Positions 27,343-32,000 of a DNA stretch of 32,000 nucleotides are shown here, in pieces. A program made the position numbers and the translations under genes. The notes under the pieces were generated by a model. The model saw only the letters and a program-made list of their open reading frames with translations. It was not told where the DNA came from and ran no database searches. Source of the DNA: Candidatus Harpocratesius repetitus (GTDB lineage: Archaea; Asgardarchaeota; Lokiarchaeia; Sigyniarchaeales; Promethearchaeaceae); the NCBI GenBank assembly GCA_021498095.1, contig JAIZWK010000001.1, positions 1,650,001-1,682,000 on the forward strand, written 5' to 3'. Position 1 is the first letter of the stretch; every line of letters begins with the position of its first letter.

Positions 27343-28014
27343 GTGTCAACAATCGGATCTTTAAAAAAGTTAATAGACTGGTTAAATGGTGATGATAATA
27401 CTTCTTCTTCCACCGATCATACAGTTTCACCTCGAATTAAAATTAAAGTTTTTAATCGAAGGCTTGCACGAATGATTTCAAAAATGGAAATTCGTGAAGA
27501 GATGTATAAAAAGAAAGCAATGGAAGCAAGAAGAAATGGAGATCAAATAGGATCTCAGATGTATATGAAAAATTCATTACAATATCGAAAATGGGCTCTT
27601 GCAACAGAAAAATTCAAAATGCAGATTGAAGGTATTGAAATGAAATTGGATCAAGCAAAAATGGTTGCTGATTTCTCAGGTGTCGCAAAAGAGATTGTAG
27701 ATACTTTACATGGATTGCAACAACAAGTAAAAATGCCAGAAGTCAGTAAAATGTTAGCAAATTTAGATCTTGGGTTTGGAAAGGTTGATTCTATCCTTGC
27801 AGAAACATCATCTGAGTTGGAGCTTAGTGAAGATGCTTCTTCTACAGCTGTTTCAGAGGAAGAAGTAAATGAAGCTTTAGCTGAAGTGGATTTAAATTTA
27901 AGTGCTGAATCTTTGTCTACACTACCTGAAGTCCCTACCCTCGATGAATCCGAAGTAAACATTGAAGATCTTGAGAAAGAAATACATAAACTAAAAGAAA
28001 GGAATAAGATATAG
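27343..28014 (+). CDS. ESCRT-III / Snf7-family protein (CHMP1-3/Vps2-24-46-like), paralogue B
   Basis: GTG start; same architecture as paralogue A (GDQIGSQMYMKN, EEVNEALAEV, LPEVP, DLEKEIHKLK). About half of the core residues are identical to A. Confidence 0.88.
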   Translation: MSTIGSLKKLIDWLNGDDNTSSSTDHTVSPRIKIKVFNRRLARMISKMEIREEMYKKKAMEARRNGDQIGSQMYMKNSLQYRKWALATEKFKMQIEGIEMKLDQAKMVADFSGVAKEIVDTLHGLQQQVKMPEVSKMLANLDLGFGKVDSILAETSSELELSEDASSTAVSEEEVNEALAEVDLNLSAESLSTLPEVPTLDESEVNIEDLEKEIHKLKERNKI

Positions 28015-28306
28015 CGAGATTTTCAAATTCATCATTTTATTTCAATTGTTCCTAAATTAATGTAAACAATTTTTTAATATTTCTATTACTAAGAATCATT
28101 TTTGTCGGGGCGAAATAAATATTTCTTTTAAAGATATTTATTTGAACTTAAATGGGTGAAAATATGATTAAAAAAAAAGTTCAAATGTGAATTTATATTG
28201 TAAAGATCGGAATTTTATCTTTGGAAAGTTTATTAAAATCATCTATAAATATCCTTGTTCCTTTAAGATATTGTATTATTTTGAACAATAACATGGTGAA
28301 TTTCTT

Positions 28307-28807
28307 ATGGATTTAACAGAAACGTTTATTAGCATACGTGAGAGTAAAGGAGATTCAGTTGCCAAGCAATATTTAAATGATAAAAAATGTTCTCAATTAG
28401 ATTTACAGATTGAAAGCTTAAGTATGACACTGCAAATGGAATTTAACCGAATTCAAGGATCGAGTCTGCATCAACTACAAACTAATTCTGTGGGAAATCA
28501 GATTCGGGACATTATAGAAGATGGAATTAATGATATAATTAATGTTGTGAATAAGAATCCACGGGTTTTTAAAGCATATCTAAATTATTTGTACGATGAT
28601 ATTCAAACTCATTTTTCAGAAGATATTAATCAAGTTTTTTATGAAGTTCAACAACTTCATTTGACTTATAATTTTAATCAAATAGTTTGGAAAATCAAAG
28701 ATTTCGATTATCAAACAATTATCCGAATATTAAAATGTATGTTAATTGCAAATGTCTTGCGGCGATATAACCGTCGAAAATTTATTCCAGCAGGCTGTTA
28801 TACTTAA
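28307..28807 (+). CDS. Hypothetical helical protein
   Basis: 166-aa ORF with upstream GGTGA. No recognised motif. Confidence 0.7.
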   Translation: MDLTETFISIRESKGDSVAKQYLNDKKCSQLDLQIESLSMTLQMEFNRIQGSSLHQLQTNSVGNQIRDIIEDGINDIINVVNKNPRVFKAYLNYLYDDIQTHFSEDINQVFYEVQQLHLTYNFNQIVWKIKDFDYQTIIRILKCMLIANVLRRYNRRKFIPAGCYT

Positions 28808-28841
28808 ATCTTTCTATTATTTCCAGGTTATATCTTGTAAT

Positions 28842-30293
28842 CTACGAACGATAATTTTCTAAAAATACTGTTTTTTTTGTTTTTCTTGCATCTTCTGCTG
28901 CAAATGCCATAAAATGAGATTCTAATGCAGTAAAAATATCAGAACGATTAAAGACTTCATTGGATTTATTAAGAATTTGCTGTTTTTTATTGTGATTTTT
29001 CCGATCTTGTATAATTTTTATAAGGTGATCCAACAAACCTTCATCACCTCCTCCATGGCCGTTGAATTCGATTCCTTTATGAAATACACATTTTTCATTT
29101 GAATAACGAAAATCCCTCACTATAATTTTCTGTTCATTAAAACGAAACCAACCACGAATAACTCCCTTTGTTCCAAAAATACGGATTTCCCTACCTTCTA
29201 GATCTGAGAATCCGTGTAGCCTTAAAGTTGCAGTGATACCATCCTCAAATTGAAAAGTTGCTATTTGATGATCCAACACATTATTATCGCATTTAAATAT
29301 GCATTTATCATATCTTGAATGAGTTAAAGCATGAATTTTTGCTTCTTGGGAGAAATCTGTTGTCAGCATTGTAGTGGGCCATTGATCCCAATTAAGAATT
29401 GATTCAATTTCAGGTCGGAAAGGTTTGATAATATGCAATCTTTTTGGATGTTCCAGGGCTAATTTAGTTAAGGTTCTTTCTATTTTCTTTGGAGAATGCA
29501 ATCCGGATCGAATAATAGGTTCTCCTTTCAAATAAAGGCGCGGGGAATACCAAGGACATGATTCAGATACAGAGCATCCATCCGTACAGTATTCTGGAGA
29601 ACCTTTTGGTGCATTTTTTCTTTGATAAAAAGTTAATTTTCCCATAGATTGAACAGAAATTGGTGTTTTTCCTAATATCCATACCATTAAATCCAGATCA
29701 TGACAAGTTTTTGCCAAAATAATAGGAGACGAATTGTTTTCAGATTGATAAACACCTCTCACGTATGAATGACCAAAATGCCAAAATGAGATGTTTTCTG
29801 AGTGATCATAGTCTATAATCTTTCCTATTTCTCCACTTTCGACAATTTGCTTTATCCTTTGCCAAAATTGTGTATATCTTAGTACATGACTAACTTGTAC
29901 AAAACATCCTTTTTGTTCTACTCTTCTCTTCAATTCTTTACATTCATCTATACTTGGAGAAATTGGTTTTTCCAGTAAAATATCATAACCTAATTCGATC
30001 GCATGTATTGTAGGTTCAAAATGCATTCGATCTTGAGTGCAAATAAAAGCAACATCTGCGATTTTTCCAATTTTAGAAGATAATAATTCTTTCCATGAGC
30101 GAAATGTGCAATTTTCAGAAATATTATGTTCTTTCTGAAAAAGCTTTCGTCTATCTGCTTTTGGTTCTGCAATCGCAATGAATTGAAGTTTATCTGGATG
30201 TTTTAGTGCATAATTTCCATATGAATCTCTTCCTCGTGTGCCTGCTCCACATAATACAGCAGTTACTGGTTTTTGATATTTATTCAAATTCAT
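28842..30293 (-). CDS. Gfo/Idh/MocA family NAD(P)-dependent oxidoreductase
   Basis: Rossmann AVLCGAGTRG, ICTQDRMH, LLEKPI, HVLRY, KTCHDLD, HGGGD. Confidence 0.92.
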   Translation of the reverse strand: MNLNKYQKPVTAVLCGAGTRGRDSYGNYALKHPDKLQFIAIAEPKADRRKLFQKEHNISENCTFRSWKELLSSKIGKIADVAFICTQDRMHFEPTIHAIELGYDILLEKPISPSIDECKELKRRVEQKGCFVQVSHVLRYTQFWQRIKQIVESGEIGKIIDYDHSENISFWHFGHSYVRGVYQSENNSSPIILAKTCHDLDLMVWILGKTPISVQSMGKLTFYQRKNAPKGSPEYCTDGCSVSESCPWYSPRLYLKGEPIIRSGLHSPKKIERTLTKLALEHPKRLHIIKPFRPEIESILNWDQWPTTMLTTDFSQEAKIHALTHSRYDKCIFKCDNNVLDHQIATFQFEDGITATLRLHGFSDLEGREIRIFGTKGVIRGWFRFNEQKIIVRDFRYSNEKCVFHKGIEFNGHGGGDEGLLDHLIKIIQDRKNHNKKQQILNKSNEVFNRSDIFTALESHFMAFAAEDARKTKKTVFLENYRS

Positions 30294-30810
30294 TCAATCA
30301 ATATCAAGCATTCTTCATCAAAAAAATGTTCTTTTATTATATATTTTTTTAAAAAAATGATATTAAGTTCATTTTAAGTATTATAATTAAAATATATTTT
30401 CAATTCTCTGCTAATTCTCATAAAAACTTATTCAAGATTTAGCTATGTTTGCAATGTAATTTGGGTCATCTAATCAAATTGTTGTTTTTACCTGTTTTTC
30501 TTCTTAAATCGAAGTGAAATTACATCTTACTCGAATTTTATCGAAAATTAATCGTTTTTTTTTTTCCTAAGACATTCATTTAAGCTAAGATTTCTATAAT
30601 CCAATAATATCGATGATTGCATTCATTTGTGGAATTAAAAGCAAATTCCCTAATTTTGAGGGATTATATTCCCATACAAAAAAGTAATAATATGAGCCAA
30701 AAATCTTCATTCCTCAAGAATCCAAGCATAAGTTTTAAATTATTTCTTAACAATGATTTACAACAGAAGAATAATTTTTTCTTCTGAACAACTTTTATTA
30801 GGAGAATAAA

Positions 30811-32000
30811 ATGAAGGATTTTAAATTCTCTCTATCGAAAACTCGTTATCGAATCGGTATTTTATTGTTAATAACCGTAATGATGTTGCCTATGGGGATG
30901 GCAACTAGCAAGACGGTTGCTAACAATGCGGTAATGGGTGAAAACTATCAAACAGAAGATTTCTCTGTTTCAGACTTTGATTCAAATCAAGTCGAAATCG
31001 GAGCTCCATCACTCGGATATGAATCTTCAAAACTTGATGGTTTATTAAACGCTTGGGTAGAAAGTCAAACGCTACCAATTAACTTACGAACTGTGAATGG
31101 TAAAGTGAGTGTTTTAATCTTGACCGATAGTTTAGATCATACTTTTGGTGGAAAAATTCAAAGATTATCCACTATAAAGTTAAATGATCGAGTTTCTATT
31201 GTTCATGGTTTAGTAAGTGATCTGAAAACTCTAATGGAATTGACTATGAATCCCGATATTAGTAGTATTAGAGGGGATGAATATACTAGCGATGCAGTAA
31301 TTCCAACCAGTGATGAAATTCTACGTGAAGTTAACGTTGAAAAAATTGATAAAATGGATAACGATGTGATTGATGCTTTTGATGGTGATTCTGAAATTGT
31401 AGACACCCAAGATACTGCAGAATTAATTGGTGCAACTGCGGCTCATGATTTAGGATATAAAGGTGCCAACTCTATCATCCAAATTTCCGATACTGGGGTT
31501 GATTTTGGGCATTCTGCTTTATATGGTGCAGCGGCTATTGATTCTGAAGGAAATCCTATGTCACTTGAACCAAGTGGATTAGGTTTTGCGCTATCTAGCT
31601 TGTATCAATATGATTATTATATGGATGAAAATAGGGGTAATGATACTGAATATGCTCAGAATTTTGCTCCTGCTCATACAGATATCTATGGAGATATATA
31701 TGTTGGGGGTATGTGGGATGATTTACTTTCTGTTCGTCCTGAATATGACTCCTTATCATATATTACATGGGCCATAAATTACTATCTAGCCTTGGAAGGA
31801 TATTCTCTCCCTGATTATTATCATGTTGGAGATCTCGCAGGGAATGAGACTGGATTTGCATTTGGGGTTACTGCTGTGTTAAATGGTTATGGAACCAATA
31901 TGTACAACTTTGTTCCTTTTCTGATTGCTGATAGCGATGGCGATACCAATTATGATACCCTTTATTTAGATTTTGAAACAGGAATATTACTCTCCCGATG
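30811..32000 (+). CDS. Secreted S8 subtilisin-like serine protease (3'-partial, absent from the ORF track)
   Basis: AGGAG then ATG at 30811; signal peptide (RIGILLLITVMMLPMGMA), propeptide, then ELIGATAAHDLGYKGANSIIQISDTGVDFGH (catalytic Asp at 31489). The frame is open to the window end; catalytic His and Ser are not within the window. Confidence 0.85.
   Translation, partial: MKDFKFSLSKTRYRIGILLLITVMMLPMGMATSKTVANNAVMGENYQTEDFSVSDFDSNQVEIGAPSLGYESSKLDGLLNAWVESQTLPINLRTVNGKVSVLILTDSLDHTFGGKIQRLSTIKLNDRVSIVHGLVSDLKTLMELTMNPDISSIRGDEYTSDAVIPTSDEILREVNVEKIDKMDNDVIDAFDGDSEIVDTQDTAELIGATAAHDLGYKGANSIIQISDTGVDFGHSALYGAAAIDSEGNPMSLEPSGLGFALSSLYQYDYYMDENRGNDTEYAQNFAPAHTDIYGDIYVGGMWDDLLSVRPEYDSLSYITWAINYYLALEGYSLPDYYHVGDLAGNETGFAFGVTAVLNGYGTNMYNFVPFLIADSDGDTNYDTLYLDFETGILLSR

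Noticed and set aside
30294-30810. 517-bp spacer with protein-like fragments on the minus strand (KRLIFDKIRVRC, LDDPNYIANIAKS) next to a T11 run
   Set aside because: Several stops and a frameshift would be needed and no family is recognisable; insufficient to call a pseudogene.
16836-31777. Short ORFs at 16836, 18041, 21260, 23201, 25424, 27651, 29990, 31203 and 31586
   Set aside because: Shadows of larger genes. The last two lie inside the partial S8 protease frame.
1-32000. CRISPR arrays, rRNA, intact IS or integrase, RadA intein
   Set aside because: No regularly spaced repeats, no GC-rich structured stretch other than the tRNA, no intact transposase or integrase ORF, and RadA is contiguous across Walker A.

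Overview
AT-rich archaeal chromosomal DNA, most consistent with an Asgard archaeon (Lokiarchaeia-like). This assignment is inferred from gene content: two ESCRT-III (Snf7-family) paralogues, a Rag-like small GTPase, an Rpn11/CSN5-like JAMM protein and a 9/4-fold tRNA-Sec. It is a mostly housekeeping region: radA (5' end outside the window), alpha-glucan phosphorylase, Dus, glutamine synthetase, a PadR-like regulator with a heterodimeric ABC exporter, M42 aminopeptidase, Mesh1-like HD hydrolase, a surface protein, tandem GNAT, ABCE1/RLI, PfkB kinase, a ThiI-like THUMP protein, a Trm11-like methyltransferase, a Gfo/Idh/MocA oxidoreductase and the 5' part of a secreted subtilase missing from the ORF track. 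The best leads are: (1) a head-to-head pair of CHMP1-3-like ESCRT-III genes with non-canonical MIM1 tails and no Vps4 in the window; (2) a selenocysteine tRNA (anticodon UCA) at 18826-18915; (3) a ThiI homologue with a destroyed PP-loop, probably a THUMP pseudoenzyme; (4) a ~152-aa insertion inside an ABC nucleotide-binding domain. Smaller leads are two unannotated small ORFs and a stop-riddled transposase-like relic after radA. No CRISPR array, rRNA or intact mobile element was seen. All protein family calls come from motif recognition by eye; no database searches were run.
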